A stretch of DNA of 59,747 nucleotides, filler included, from 5 parts of 5 records of this genome joined end to end with filler, not necessarily neighbours in it, one strand, 5' to 3'; positions 1 through 13,159 are shown, counted from the whole stretch's first letter. A program made the numbers and translations. Notes: a model not told the origin generated them from the letters alone.

Positions 1-1
1 C

Positions 2-1495
<1,494 letters not shown>

Positions 1496-1892
1496 CTAAC
1501 AGATCTTTAGTTTTTCGAAAAAGAATTTAGTAAACAATCAATTTTATCCATTGTCTGTTCAACAAAAACTCTAATATTTTTTTGTGCAAAATTCAGAATA
1601 TCTTTTAGTCGTTTATCAAGTTTGATAAAAGTGCCTTGTAATGCAATTAGCAACACGATTAAATCATTTAATAATCAACACCTTACGCACCCTTCTTTTC
1701 TAAAAGATAAAAGTCTAACAAAGATAATAAAAATGATGAATCCTAAGGTAGGAAATTCAGGAAAAATAGAGCTTTTAAACAGTTTTTGACGAAGCGATTT
1801 TCCAAGTATAAATTTACAAAAACTTTAAAAGCTTTATGTTTAACCCTTTATTGAAAAATGATATAGATTAGAATAATAAAACTATTAAAAAT

Positions 1893-2393
1893 TTAGAAGG
1901 AAATAGATTGACTTCTTCTAGGTCGTTTCATTTTAAATCTGATAATAAAATTATTGATTTTATCTCCTGATTCACTTGTTCCATATTCGTGTAGTTCGAA
2001 TAATGTAGTTACATTCTTAAAACCTTTAGGCATGGCTTTCCACATTCTATAAAAAACTACTTGTACATTCTCCAAATCAGCATCATCAAGCTTCAATTTC
2101 AATATTTCCTTTCCCTTTGGCATTGCAAAAACACTAACTCCATGCTTTTTCCAGCTTATGGCTTCTTCTGCCACAAAAGCCATATTTAAGGTATCACGAG
2201 TTATATCAAACAAATAAGTAATCCCCTCGCTATTTTCTCCAAATTCCATTAAAATGTCCAAAGGCTTTCTATCATTATTAACAGAAAGTTTCCATCTGTC
2301 CGAGGTTTGGGCAGATAGTAGATTTGGAAGTAATAAGGATGCTATAACCAATATTACCTTAACCATATGATAAATCTTATTTTGTTGAATCAT
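1893..2393 (-). CDS. Hypothetical secreted protein
   Basis: 166-aa ORF with an N-terminal signal-peptide-like stretch ending in LSA-Q, typical of Bacteroidota; no recognisable family. Confidence 0.6.
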   Translation of the reverse strand: MIQQNKIYHMVKVILVIASLLLPNLLSAQTSDRWKLSVNNDRKPLDILMEFGENSEGITYLFDITRDTLNMAFVAEEAISWKKHGVSVFAMPKGKEILKLKLDDADLENVQVVFYRMWKAMPKGFKNVTTLFELHEYGTSESGDKINNFIIRFKMKRPRRSQSISF

Positions 2394-2525
2394 TTTAATA
2401 ACGAGTAGCTTATTAAATTAAAGCTAATAAAAACAATTAAAACAACAATACATTATCTTAAATAAAAAGCAAAGGGATACCTAAATACAATGGCACCCCT
2501 CCAATATTTTCATTTAAATAATTAA

Positions 2526-4268
2526 CTAAAAACTCACTTTAGCACCTAGCAAAAAATTAAGCCTTTGCGAAGGATATCCTTCCCATTGGTAATATTTGTC
2601 AGCAAATAAGTTATTCACTCTACCAAAGACTGTAAAATGTTTATTAAAACAGTAATTTGCTCCAACATTTAAGTCATAAACTGCATCAAGTGTCTTTTTA
2701 TCATTATTAGTCCAGGTTTTTCTTTCTCCAATAATATTAACTCCAGCCTGAAATGATAATTCATTTGTAAATATATAACTAGCGTTTGCATTTACTTCGA
2801 AGTTTGGTTTGTGCCAGGCTTCTTCTAATTTATCCATTGAGTAAAAATTGTAAACTATTTTAGAACTTAGACTTAACTTCTCGTTCCACGCCAAATTTAA
2901 CTCTGCCGATAATCTCAATAAACTGATATCATCATATACAACTCCAAATTTGTTCGAATAGGCAGAAACAGGAGTAGCTACAAGTGAAGGTAGAAGAATA
3001 TTTTGTGCATTTACGAAAAAATACTGATCGTCAACTGCAGAATATTCAGCCGACACATTAAAAGATGAAGTAGAAGATAAACTACCTCTAATACCTCCAA
3101 ACAATCTGTATTTTTGATTTGATGGCATTACCTCCAGTCCTGAAAATACAAATGGATTCTCTGAAGTGATATCTTTTGATCGATTCATATTCAAATCTCC
3201 GTCAACACCAAAAAACAAGCTTAGGATATTATCAATGGCTTCAAAATCAATCTTTACATCAGGATAAATTTTAGTTTCAGAATCATCACCCATTACAATT
3301 ACTGGCTTAACGCCTAACTGAAGATTCAGTTTACCTGTTTGCAACAAATAGCTCGGCTGCAAACTCCAAACCATAGTTTTTCTGTCATTATCAAGATTAT
3401 TATCCTCCCAATTGTACAAACCATCAATTGAAAAATAATCAAAATTTGAACTTAATGACCAGAAACCATCTCCTCTGCGAATTTTAGCATTCGCAAGAAT
3501 GGCAATATCCGTTTCTTTTAAATCTATATCATCTGAAAAATATTCGTATTTCAGCCCCAAACCAAAATTCAGTTTCTCCTCATCGTCAAACATGGTCTGA
3601 AAATCAGCTGATAGACCAAAATCATTCAAGTTTTGTTCATTATATGGGAACCTAAATCCTGGATTACTCACACTATAATCGTTCTGAGGAGAACCAAAAT
3701 AGTTATAGGCATTGCGCTCGTAAAACAAACGAGCATTCACCTTTGCCTCATCCAGATAAACCGTTCCATATACCTCAGCTAATTGTTCTGTCCAATCAGG
3801 TTTCACTTCCTCATCGTTCTCAAGAGTCAACTTCCCATTTGTAGAATAGTGTCTCAAGTGAACACCAAAATCTGCTGTTTTTGATCTCTGATTATTGAAT
3901 CGGTAATCACCAAAAAGAGTAGAATAATTTCCGCCTGCGAGAGTTAAATCGTGAGAGTTTAATTTCTTCAAAGGCTCTCCAACAATTTTTGCAGCTGGAA
4001 TCTCAACCGGAGAAAAACCAACTGACAAAGGTTTTGATTGCACAAAATAATTGAATGAAGGCGTAAAACTTGCCGTGTCTTTTACAACTGGCAATTCGCC
4101 TATTCTTTTTGCTTTATTAATTTTTGGCTGATAAGTTGTTCTAACTTTCACCTCTTTATCCAAATCGCGTTGTTCCTGGGCTTGAGCAATTGAGAATGCA
4201 AACCCGATAATTACAATTGCTAGTACTGTTTTTTTCAACATTGCTTCTATATTCATGGTTCTACTCAA
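2526..4268 (-). CDS. Outer-membrane beta-barrel protein (TonB-dependent-receptor-like)
   Basis: Signal peptide, alternating beta-strand pattern, C-terminal barrel motif VNNLFADKY...LGAKVSF ending in Phe; overlaps the upstream TPR gene by 8 nt. Confidence 0.8.
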   Translation of the reverse strand: MSRTMNIEAMLKKTVLAIVIIGFAFSIAQAQEQRDLDKEVKVRTTYQPKINKAKRIGELPVVKDTASFTPSFNYFVQSKPLSVGFSPVEIPAAKIVGEPLKKLNSHDLTLAGGNYSTLFGDYRFNNQRSKTADFGVHLRHYSTNGKLTLENDEEVKPDWTEQLAEVYGTVYLDEAKVNARLFYERNAYNYFGSPQNDYSVSNPGFRFPYNEQNLNDFGLSADFQTMFDDEEKLNFGLGLKYEYFSDDIDLKETDIAILANAKIRRGDGFWSLSSNFDYFSIDGLYNWEDNNLDNDRKTMVWSLQPSYLLQTGKLNLQLGVKPVIVMGDDSETKIYPDVKIDFEAIDNILSLFFGVDGDLNMNRSKDITSENPFVFSGLEVMPSNQKYRLFGGIRGSLSSTSSFNVSAEYSAVDDQYFFVNAQNILLPSLVATPVSAYSNKFGVVYDDISLLRLSAELNLAWNEKLSLSSKIVYNFYSMDKLEEAWHKPNFEVNANASYIFTNELSFQAGVNIIGERKTWTNNDKKTLDAVYDLNVGANYCFNKHFTVFGRVNNLFADKYYQWEGYPSQRLNFLLGAKVSF

Positions 4269-7200
4269 TTTCTTTTTCTTCTTTCAACATATCCTGCAAC
4301 ATCATTCTCTCTTCATCTAATCCAAGAGTGTCGCTTTTTGTTGTTTTATTTTCGAATAATTTCTGATTTTCCAAACTATCGGTTCCTTCAAACTGAACTT
4401 GAACTTCTTTATTCAGAATTTGTGCCTCTTTCTTCTTTTCTGCTGCCAAAAGAACATTCAATTTTTGCTGAGCTCTTTCCAAAATTCCATCATCCATTAC
4501 TCCATAATTGTCAACAATACTTTGCAAAGTATATTTCGCCTGAAACTCATCATTCTTTTTCAAGAAGACATCCGAAAGAAGTAGAAAACTCTCAGCCAAC
4601 CAATAATGGTGAGGTGAATTCATTTCAATAAATCCATTAATTTCCTTTTCAGCATCTTCAAATTTTGATTGAGCAAAATAGATTTCGGCAAGTCGATATT
4701 TAGCTTCCGCACCTTCTACACTTTTAGTTTCCGTTGCCAAACTCTGAAAATCAGCTAAAGCATTTTTATTCTGATTCAATGTCATGTAGGATTTTGCTCT
4801 TTTGTACTTCGCTTCCCGAATCATTTCCTCCTCTATCTTTTGCATTTCCAATACATCTTTAGCTGCCTCAACAAGATTGGAATATTCTTTTAACTCATAA
4901 ACCGATCTCATTAAACCTACTTTAGCTACATCTATATTTTCAGGAATCTCAGCTGATTTAGCCAATCGAGCATATTGATCTTTTGCCTTGCTAAAATTTT
5001 TCTCTCTAAAATTCAATTGAGATGCTGCCAACAATGCTTTCTCGGTAAACAAATTACCTGGCTGATTTAAAACCACTTCAAATCCGAGTAATGCATCATC
5101 ATATTTCCCTTGATTTAAAGCTGCATCAGCTCTGTAGTATTGTGCATTTAAACGAAACATTCCGTTAGGAAAACTTGCCAGATATTCATCAAATGCTTTT
5201 GTTCCACGCTCTGTTTCACCCGACATATATAATCTTTCTGCAGAAATATAACTCAATGAATCTTTCTCGCTTTTCCGAATAATTCCACCATCAGAGAAAG
5301 ATTCCGCGAATGCAAAATAGTCATTCACTCTATTCAAATCCACATATACATTTTTCAATCCTATAAAAGCACTCTTTTTCTCCTGACTTTGTGGATATTT
5401 CACTACAACAGCTTTATAATTTCGAATTGCTTCTTCATAATCCTTCTGGTTGTAATTCAACTGTCCCAATTGCAACATCGATTTTGCTGCATAAGAACTC
5501 TCAGGATAATTTTCAGCCAAATCTTGATACAATTTAATCGCAGAGCTCTGATCATCTAACTTCACTCTTGCCTTTGCCAATTCATAAAGTGCATCATCAG
5601 AATAATCTGATTGAGGATAAGTATTCTTCAAATCAACCAACAAATCTGCCTTTTGAGCAGATTGCCCTAACAATCCCAGACAAAAGGCTTGCTGATAAAG
5701 TGCATAATCAGCATCCCATCCACCTGCTACCGCAGATTTTCCATAAAACTCTGCAGCCTGAGTATAATTTCTATTCAGAAAGAAACAATCGCCAATACGA
5801 TTGTTCGCATCCAATACAAATTGATCCTTTTTATCTGCCTGATTCACGAACTTTCTAAACCAGTCCGAAGCCTCTGTATAATTGTCCTGATCAAATTCGG
5901 CGTAAGCAATATTGTAGTAAGCTCGTCCAAAATATTCTGATGTTCCTGCTCCTGGGGAAGTTAAAAAAGTTTTGAACTGCGTTATGGCTTTACTTAAATT
6001 TCCTAAACGGTAATTGGCTTCTGCAGTCCAGTACAATCTATTCGCCGATATACTTGAATTGTACATTCTGTATTTCCACGATAAACCAAAAGACTGAATG
6101 GCTTCTTCGTAACGCAACTGCTTCATCAACTCCAAGCCTCTTAAGTAAGAAACTCGCTGATAAGCTCTTTCAATTTCAGGAGTCTTATTTTTGATCTTAT
6201 CCATCGAAGCCAATGCATCACCGTAATTTTTGGTGGTCATATACACTTTTACCAAATAGTCATAAGCCTCATCATTTCTGTCCGAATCAGGATATTTTTG
6301 CAAATATTCATCAAATGCTTTTATGGTCTCGTTAAACGGGGAATAAGACAATTCATAAGTCAGCTTAGCGTAATTAAACAAAGCATCTTGTTGCATATTC
6401 TTATCAAAATCCATTCTGGCAGTTGCGGCAAATGCAGCTTTTGCACCATTTTTACTTCCAGATTTCAAATAGCAATCTGCCAAACAAAATGTAGCTACCT
6501 GCAACATTTCATCATCTTCACCCCCAACTTTTTCGAATTGATTAACCGCCTCAGCATATTGCTTTTCTTTATACAAACAATATCCATAAGCGAATCTATC
6601 CTCACGAATTAAACTTTTCTTTCCCTTCTCTAAAAATGGAATTGCCTTTGCATATTCTTTCAACTGATAATGCGATAAACCAATCATTTTAGCGATTTCA
6701 TCACTTCTCTTTACACTTGCATCATCCAAATATTTTGGAGCATATTTTAACAATTCCTTATACTGTTCTTGCAGATAATAAATCTGACAGATGTAATAAG
6801 GTACAATTGGTGCAAATGTTTCGTTCTTTTCTAACTTACTAAACCCATTATATGCCGTTTGATAATTCTTATTTAAATAGGCAATGTGCGAATAATAGTA
6901 GTTAGCTGGAGCATTATAATCTCCGGAAACATCAATAATTTCATAGAAATTTTTTCTAGCCTCTTCGTAATTCTTTTGCATAAAGTACGAGTAGGCTACT
7001 TTAAATCTGTACTCCGTTAGGTCTTCCGATTTTAACAGATAAGCATCAACCTCCTTGAACCACAAAAGTGCTGCCTTATATTTTTTATTTCTGTACTGCT
7101 GACGTCCCAATTGAAAATAAGCAGATTGAATTTTATTGCTCTCCGGATAGTTTCGAATGAAGGATTTCATTTCCTCTTCAGCTTCTGGTCTGAATAGTTC

Positions 7201-7449
7201 AATAGAACACCAAGCCATATAAAATTCAGCCTGCGATTTTCGATCTGAATAAACCGATTCTCCTCGATTAATAAATTCTTGTAATTCGTGTCGAGCACCT
7301 CCAAAGTTTTGATTTTGGAATTTTTCCATTGCCGATTCCCAAATCTGCGAATCAGAATAATGATTCAATGATTTTTGTGCCTGTGAGGAATACCCGGTAC
7401 AGAATAAAAGTACGGACATAAAAATCCACAATAAACATCTGCTTCTCAT
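4261..7449 (-). CDS. Large tetratricopeptide-repeat periplasmic protein
   Basis: 1062 aa with a signal peptide and many TPR-like repeats (e.g. AYFQLGRQQY, DDALYELAKA, YP.S motifs). Confidence 0.85.
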   Translation of the reverse strand: MRSRCLLWIFMSVLLFCTGYSSQAQKSLNHYSDSQIWESAMEKFQNQNFGGARHELQEFINRGESVYSDRKSQAEFYMAWCSIELFRPEAEEEMKSFIRNYPESNKIQSAYFQLGRQQYRNKKYKAALLWFKEVDAYLLKSEDLTEYRFKVAYSYFMQKNYEEARKNFYEIIDVSGDYNAPANYYYSHIAYLNKNYQTAYNGFSKLEKNETFAPIVPYYICQIYYLQEQYKELLKYAPKYLDDASVKRSDEIAKMIGLSHYQLKEYAKAIPFLEKGKKSLIREDRFAYGYCLYKEKQYAEAVNQFEKVGGEDDEMLQVATFCLADCYLKSGSKNGAKAAFAATARMDFDKNMQQDALFNYAKLTYELSYSPFNETIKAFDEYLQKYPDSDRNDEAYDYLVKVYMTTKNYGDALASMDKIKNKTPEIERAYQRVSYLRGLELMKQLRYEEAIQSFGLSWKYRMYNSSISANRLYWTAEANYRLGNLSKAITQFKTFLTSPGAGTSEYFGRAYYNIAYAEFDQDNYTEASDWFRKFVNQADKKDQFVLDANNRIGDCFFLNRNYTQAAEFYGKSAVAGGWDADYALYQQAFCLGLLGQSAQKADLLVDLKNTYPQSDYSDDALYELAKARVKLDDQSSAIKLYQDLAENYPESSYAAKSMLQLGQLNYNQKDYEEAIRNYKAVVVKYPQSQEKKSAFIGLKNVYVDLNRVNDYFAFAESFSDGGIIRKSEKDSLSYISAERLYMSGETERGTKAFDEYLASFPNGMFRLNAQYYRADAALNQGKYDDALLGFEVVLNQPGNLFTEKALLAASQLNFREKNFSKAKDQYARLAKSAEIPENIDVAKVGLMRSVYELKEYSNLVEAAKDVLEMQKIEEEMIREAKYKRAKSYMTLNQNKNALADFQSLATETKSVEGAEAKYRLAEIYFAQSKFEDAEKEINGFIEMNSPHHYWLAESFLLLSDVFLKKNDEFQAKYTLQSIVDNYGVMDDGILERAQQKLNVLLAAEKKKEAQILNKEVQVQFEGTDSLENQKLFENKTTKSDTLGLDEERMMLQDMLKEEKEIE

Positions 7450-7700
7450 ACTGTTGTGTGTAGGTAAAATTATGTGTGTTAATTTTCTTGAAACCCTCTA
7501 TTTTCATAGCAGGTTTGAATTTTTAAACCAGCCTTAAAGGTAAAAATAATATATCATCTTCACCGTAAATTCAAACGAAGGATATCAATAAAAATTGCAC
7601 TTTATTTGAATAATAATTATTGGATAAGAAAGCCTAGGGTGAAATTATTTTTTAGATTTGTATTTCGAGGCACTAGTTGCAACACTTTAATTTATTACAC

Positions 7701-8429
7701 ATGTCAGAATCTGCAATCATAGAATTAAAAAATGCTACTATCCGCCAAGCGGATAACATCATTCTTACCGATGTTAACTTACAAATTGAAAAGAACGAGT
7801 TTGTATATTTAATTGGAAAAGTTGGTAGTGGTAAATCCAGTCTTTTGAAAACTTTATATGCAGATTTACCTTTAAAAGATGGTGGTGGATCGGTTGCAGG
7901 ATTCTATCTTCCTATTATCAAACGTAAGCAAGTTCCTTTTTTAAGACGAAAAATTGGTATTGTTTTTCAGGATTTTCAACTTTTGACAGATCGTAGTGTT
8001 AAAGACAATTTGCAATTTGTATTGAAAGCTACCGGATGGAAGAATAAAAAAGAGATTGAAAACAGAATTGAAGAAGTATTGGAAAAAGTTCACATGGGAA
8101 ACAAGGGATACAAAATGCCCCATGAACTTTCGGGTGGTGAACAGCAACGTATTGTAATTGCTCGTGCACTTCTGAATTCTCCCGATATTATTTTAGCCGA
8201 TGAACCTACTGGAAATCTCGATCCTGAAACTTCTGATGAACTAGCTCAGTTGTTAATGGATATTAGTAAAAATGGAAGAACGGTTGTTATGGCAACGCAC
8301 CAGCACGATTTACTAAAAAGATTCCCTGCAAGAACAGTTGAATGCATCGATGGTAAATTAGTCGATTTATCAACAAATGAAACTGAAGAAGTAGAATCAC
8401 AGGAAAGTGAAATCAACCCACAAGAATAA
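7701..8429 (+). CDS. ftsE: FtsE-like ABC ATP-binding protein
   Basis: Walker A GKVGSGKS, LRRKIGIVFQDFQLL, LSGGEQQR, ILADEPTGNLD. The ATG at 7701 is preferred over the TTG at 7677; a TAGATTTG -7 promoter box lies just upstream. Confidence 0.8.
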   Translation: MSESAIIELKNATIRQADNIILTDVNLQIEKNEFVYLIGKVGSGKSSLLKTLYADLPLKDGGGSVAGFYLPIIKRKQVPFLRRKIGIVFQDFQLLTDRSVKDNLQFVLKATGWKNKKEIENRIEEVLEKVHMGNKGYKMPHELSGGEQQRIVIARALLNSPDIILADEPTGNLDPETSDELAQLLMDISKNGRTVVMATHQHDLLKRFPARTVECIDGKLVDLSTNETEEVESQESEINPQE

Positions 8430-9110
8430 TTGAGATTAAATCAACCATACAATAAAGATCTGGAAAAGTTAAAACTGAAACACAGTTTAATCTTTCCAGT
8501 CTCATTTTTAGTATTGATTTGGGCAATTAAAATTTTTGAGTGGGGATTAGGACTAAATTTCACTCAACTAGGAGTTTTTCCACTTCATACAAAAGGCTTA
8601 ATTGGAATACTCACAAGTCCGCTAATTCATAGAGATTTTGCTCATTTAATGGCGAACTCAGTACCATTTCTGGTTTTAAGCTGGGGAATCTTCTACTTTT
8701 ATCGTCCACTGTCCTACCGTATTTTTTTACTATGCTATTTCACTACAAACCTATTGGTTTGGATTGGTGCACGTGAAGCCTATCATATTGGTGCCAGTGG
8801 TTTGGTTTATTCTTTTGCCTCCTTCCTGTTTTTAAGTGGAATTATTCGCAATTATTATCGACTGATTGCCATATCATTCATTGTTGTATTCCTTTATGGT
8901 GGTTTATTTTGGGGAGTTTTCCCAATTTTAAAAGACGTATCGTGGGAAGGGCACTTATTTGGAGCAATATCGGGCTTGACCTACGCCTTGGCTTACCGAA
9001 ACAAAGGACCTCAAAAACCAAAAGCAATACTTCCAGAAGATGATGACAGTATTCCTGAAGAAGTCTGGAATTCAGATCATCTGGAAAATAAAGAAGAATT
9101 TAGAAAATGA
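8430..9110 (+). CDS. Rhomboid family intramembrane serine protease
   Basis: H...HLMAN motif, catalytic GASG, SWEGHLFG; multiple TM segments. Confidence 0.9.
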   Translation: MRLNQPYNKDLEKLKLKHSLIFPVSFLVLIWAIKIFEWGLGLNFTQLGVFPLHTKGLIGILTSPLIHRDFAHLMANSVPFLVLSWGIFYFYRPLSYRIFLLCYFTTNLLVWIGAREAYHIGASGLVYSFASFLFLSGIIRNYYRLIAISFIVVFLYGGLFWGVFPILKDVSWEGHLFGAISGLTYALAYRNKGPQKPKAILPEDDDSIPEEVWNSDHLENKEEFRK

Positions 9111-9162
9111 TATTTACTTCTTAATGGAGTATCTTCCACCCCCCAAAGGGTATCTAAAAAAC

Positions 9163-9372
9163 ATCCTCGAGGATGATTTCTAGATCCTCAAGGATGTATT
9201 GGAGATCTTCGAGGATATATTTTAGTTCTTCGAAGATGTTTTTTAGTTCCTCCAGGATGATGCTGATATCTTGAAAGATCTAAATTTGATCCTCCAGGAT
9301 GTATTTTTGGTCCTGAAGGATATATTTTTGATACGTAAAGATCATTTTTTTATCCTCCAGGATATTTTTTAG
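9163..9372. repeat. Tandem array of ten degenerate 21-bp units with palindromic core ATCCTCGAGGAT
   Basis: Units start at 9163, 9184, 9205, 9226, 9247, 9268, 9289, 9310, 9331 and 9352 with an exact 21-bp period, between two convergent genes. Confidence 0.9.
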
Positions 9373-9376
9373 CTAA

Positions 9377-10183
9377 TTACCTCTTTTTATAATATTTCAT
9401 AGCTTCTGGAAGATAAGCTCGAAGATTCTGAACACGTGTATCATCAGCTGGATGAGTAGATAAGAACTCTGGTGGTTTTTGTCCACCACTCTCGCCCATT
9501 CTTTTCCAAAACTCAACTGCTTCGGCTGGATCGTAACCTGCCATTGCCATGAATATCAAACCCATTTTATCTGCTTCTGTTTCATGTGATCGAGAGAATG
9601 GAAGCATTACACCAACATTGGCACCAACTCCAAATGCAGTCATCCAAATTTGTTGAGTCTCTGCTGGTTTCTCGCTAAGAGCAATCGCCAATCCCTGACC
9701 TAAAGCCTGAATTCCCATTTGCTGACTCATTCTTTCGTTACCATGGCGAGCAATTGCATGAGCAATTTCATGTCCCATTACAACAGCCAATCCTGCTTCG
9801 GTTTGCGTGTATGGTAAAATTCCCGTGTAAAAAACCACCTTTCCACCAGGCATACACCAAGCATTAGGTGTATCATCTTCTACTAAATTAAATTCCCATT
9901 GAAAGTTTTCAATTCTATCACTCATCCCATTTGCAGTCATAAACTCTTCAACGGCTTTGGCTATTCGATCACCACAAGACTTCACCATTGCGGTTTTTGC
10001 TTTATCTGTTGACAGTTTATTCTCCTTTAAAAAAGTATCATACTGAGTTAAACTGGTAGCAATCATTTCACTTTCGGGGAAAAGGTTCATTTGTTTCCTC
10101 CCTGTAATAGGAACAGTAGCACATGCTGCCAATATCAGAACTAATCCTGATAACAATACATTACGAATTTGTTTGCTTGTCAT
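9377..10183 (-). CDS. M48 family zinc metallopeptidase, lipoprotein
   Basis: Lipobox LAAC, PNAWCMPGG, HEIAH (HEXXH), ETEAD, FLSTHP. Confidence 0.92.
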   Translation of the reverse strand: MTSKQIRNVLLSGLVLILAACATVPITGRKQMNLFPESEMIATSLTQYDTFLKENKLSTDKAKTAMVKSCGDRIAKAVEEFMTANGMSDRIENFQWEFNLVEDDTPNAWCMPGGKVVFYTGILPYTQTEAGLAVVMGHEIAHAIARHGNERMSQQMGIQALGQGLAIALSEKPAETQQIWMTAFGVGANVGVMLPFSRSHETEADKMGLIFMAMAGYDPAEAVEFWKRMGESGGQKPPEFLSTHPADDTRVQNLRAYLPEAMKYYKKR

Positions 10184-10185
10184 TC

Positions 10186-12342
10186 TTATTTGGTTTTTAG
10201 TTTTTTCACTAAGTTCAAGTTAGTTATTTCTTCTCTTAATTGTTCTAATAATTCATCAAAAGAGGTAAGGGGTAACTTGCAGGTTTTGTTTTTACAAAGA
10301 TAAAAAGTTGTTTGATTGGAAACGTAACGATTTTGCAACAAAGGCAATTCACTAATCGTTTCGCTTCCTGCAACAATTACATTTGGCAAGAATAAAGATT
10401 CAACTTTCTGTTTTTCATTGCGTGCATTTTTGCCAATAACTACAAGTTCGAATGGTGAATTTTCCAACCAGAAAAACAACTGCCCCCAATTGGAGTGATA
10501 GGAAGGAAGTTTTTTCATTCTATCCAATACATTGCTTAGCATCTGTTTCGATCGAAGTATATATTCCTCTTTATCAAGATATGTTCCAAGCAAGTAGAGA
10601 CATTTAGCCATTGAGGAATTTGACGATGGAATTACATTATCGAGAAGTTCCATTTTTCTTGCGATCAAATCCGGATCCTCATCAGATGTATAATAGAACA
10701 TTCCTGAATTTTCATCTGAAAAGTGTTCAAATACATACTTACAAAGATCATTCGCTTTTCTCAACCATTTCTCATCAAAGGTAGCTTGATACAAAGCAAT
10801 AAAAGCTTCAATTGTAAAACTATAATCATCTAAAAAACCATTGATCTTAGCATCACCATCTTTGTAATTTCTGTGTAAATGTCCTTTTCCTTTCCAAAGG
10901 TTTTTCTGGATAAATTCTGCTGCCTTAATCGCACGATTCAAATAGTTCTTCTCACCCAAAGCTTTGTATGCATCAACATATCCTTTTATCATTAAAGCAT
11001 TCCAACTTGTAAGTGATTTATCATCTAATCCAGGTCTTACTCTTTCCTCTCGTTTTTCCAGCAAAACTGCATTCAATTTCTTAATTCTCTGATCAAATTC
11101 TTCAACCGACAGTTCATATTTCGATGCAAGTTTCTTTTTATCCGCTTGAATCATTAGAATGTTTCCTTCCTCCCAGTTTGAATTCTCTGTTATGCCATAG
11201 AATTCACAATACATTTCAGCATCATTTCCCAAAAGTTCTTCAATCTCATGTTTTTCCCATACATAAAATTTTCCTTCTACCCCTTCACTATCCGCATCAA
11301 GCGATGAGTAAAAACCACCTTCGGGCAAACTCAATTCTCTATCTACAAATGCCAAACTTTCCTCTATTACTCTTTTATATTCAGGAATCCTGGTCAACTG
11401 ATAAGCTTCAGAATACAAACTCACCAATTGAGAATTATCGTATAACATTTTCTCAAAATGAGGAACTTTCCAAATTTCATCCACCGAATAACGGGCAAAT
11501 CCACCACCAACCTGATCGTAAATTCCTCCGGCAGCCATTTTATCAAGCGTTAACACCACATGATCGAGAGCTGATTGCTCCTTTGTATGATAATAATATC
11601 TAAGCAAAAACTGCAGCGAATTGGGCAATGGAAATTTTGGAGCTCTATTGTTTCCTCCTTCTCTGGTATCAAAATCTTTTTGCCAATTTCGATATCCCGA
11701 ATTTAAATCTGATAAGTCAAATTCCTTAGTTTCGGCTTTTACTTCAATTAACTCATTCGTTCGAATGCCTTCTGAAATTTGATTGGCTACATTCTCTACT
11801 TTCTCGGGTTCGTTCAACCAGGCATTTTGGATTCCCTGTAATACTTTCACCCAATCGTTTGGTCGAAAATAAGTTCCTCCGAAAAAGGGCTTTCCATCGG
11901 GCATGGCAAAACAATTCAATGGCCAACCTCCACTTCCTGTCATTATCTGCACAGCATCCATATATATCTGATCGATATCGGGACGCTCTTCCCTATCGAC
12001 CTTTATGCAAACAAAAAACTCATTCATTATTTTTGCTATCTCAGCATTTTCGAAACTTTCCCGTTCCATTACATGGCACCAGTGACAAGCTGCATAACCA
12101 ATACTTATCAATATTACTTTATTTTCCTTTTTTGCCTTATCCAAAGCCTCTTCACCCCACGGATACCAGTCCACAGGATTATGAGAATGCTGTAAAAGAT
12201 ATGGGCTATTTTCGTTTATTAAACGATTAGTATGTGTTGTTTTCATTTTATCTCTCTTATTTTGGGAACAAGCCGAAGTAGTGAGTATCACACCAATTAA
12301 TACAAATAAAACAGTTTGATATATTTTCTTCATTTCTCCCAA
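10186..12342 (-). CDS. Thioredoxin-domain protein, YyaL/SSP411 family
   Basis: [48 protein letters not shown]. Confidence 0.92.
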   Translation of the reverse strand: MGEMKKIYQTVLFVLIGVILTTSACSQNKRDKMKTTHTNRLINENSPYLLQHSHNPVDWYPWGEEALDKAKKENKVILISIGYAACHWCHVMERESFENAEIAKIMNEFFVCIKVDREERPDIDQIYMDAVQIMTGSGGWPLNCFAMPDGKPFFGGTYFRPNDWVKVLQGIQNAWLNEPEKVENVANQISEGIRTNELIEVKAETKEFDLSDLNSGYRNWQKDFDTREGGNNRAPKFPLPNSLQFLLRYYYHTKEQSALDHVVLTLDKMAAGGIYDQVGGGFARYSVDEIWKVPHFEKMLYDNSQLVSLYSEAYQLTRIPEYKRVIEESLAFVDRELSLPEGGFYSSLDADSEGVEGKFYVWEKHEIEELLGNDAEMYCEFYGITENSNWEEGNILMIQADKKKLASKYELSVEEFDQRIKKLNAVLLEKREERVRPGLDDKSLTSWNALMIKGYVDAYKALGEKNYLNRAIKAAEFIQKNLWKGKGHLHRNYKDGDAKINGFLDDYSFTIEAFIALYQATFDEKWLRKANDLCKYVFEHFSDENSGMFYYTSDEDPDLIARKMELLDNVIPSSNSSMAKCLYLLGTYLDKEEYILRSKQMLSNVLDRMKKLPSYHSNWGQLFFWLENSPFELVVIGKNARNEKQKVESLFLPNVIVAGSETISELPLLQNRYVSNQTTFYLCKNKTCKLPLTSFDELLEQLREEITNLNLVKKLKTK

Positions 12343-12493
12343 ATTGAATCAATAAATTAAAGATAGAAATTATTTTTAATGATTTTAAATAAGAATAAGC
12401 TGATAATTCTTTACGGGTATAAAAAGATGATTCCTAAAACGAATAATTGGAGTAAGTTTAATAATTGAAAAACTATAAACTTCCATTCTAAAA

Positions 12494-13093
12494 ATGGTAA
12501 AACAAGCCAATTTATCTGATGAAAGTACTGTCGTTGATATTATCACAGAATCTTTCAAGAACAATCCTAGCGTAATATCATCTGTAAAAAATGATGATAA
12601 GTTAGATATGCGAATTGAAGAGTTGGCGAGATATGCTTTTCGGACGGCAATATCAAGAAATGGAGTATTACTTTCATCCAATAATAAAGGAGTAGCCATT
12701 TGTTACCACTTTAATATCAAGAAAACTTCCTTTACTGATTATTGGAATCAAATTCGATTGGTTTGCAAGGCAATTGGTATTTCTAAGGTTTTCACCTTAT
12801 TGAAAAGAGAGAAATACATTAATAAAATTAGACCTAAAGAAAGAAATTACTTGTATTTCTGGTTCTTTGGTGTAAAAGAATCCTACAGAGGAAGTGCGGC
12901 AGCAAAGGAATTAAAAACTGCCATATTTAAAGAATCAGATGATAATCAATTACCGATATATCTGGAAACTTCAGTTGAGCAGAACAAAATTGTATATCAA
13001 CGATTTGGATTTGAAATATATCATAGCTGGCATAGAAAGGATCATACCCTATGGTTTATGAAACGTGATCCTAAATTTGTAAACTCTATTTAG
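12494..13093 (+). CDS. GNAT-fold N-acetyltransferase
   Basis: YLYFWFFGV...RG, LPIYLETS...N...YQRFGF motifs. Confidence 0.75.
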   Translation: MVKQANLSDESTVVDIITESFKNNPSVISSVKNDDKLDMRIEELARYAFRTAISRNGVLLSSNNKGVAICYHFNIKKTSFTDYWNQIRLVCKAIGISKVFTLLKREKYINKIRPKERNYLYFWFFGVKESYRGSAAAKELKTAIFKESDDNQLPIYLETSVEQNKIVYQRFGFEIYHSWHRKDHTLWFMKRDPKFVNSI

Positions 13094-13159
13094 AATCCTA
13101 CGGTAAGATATTTTCTATACTTTAGATATTTCAGTCTAAAACTAAACATTTACTAAGAA

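Noticed and set aside
7701-8429. ftsE without an adjacent ftsX
   Set aside because: Separation of ftsE and ftsX is, to my knowledge, normal in Bacteroidota.
9163-9372. 21-bp array as a CRISPR array
   Set aside because: The repeats are only 12 bp and degenerate, the spacers are 9 bp and similar to each other, and no cas genes are present.
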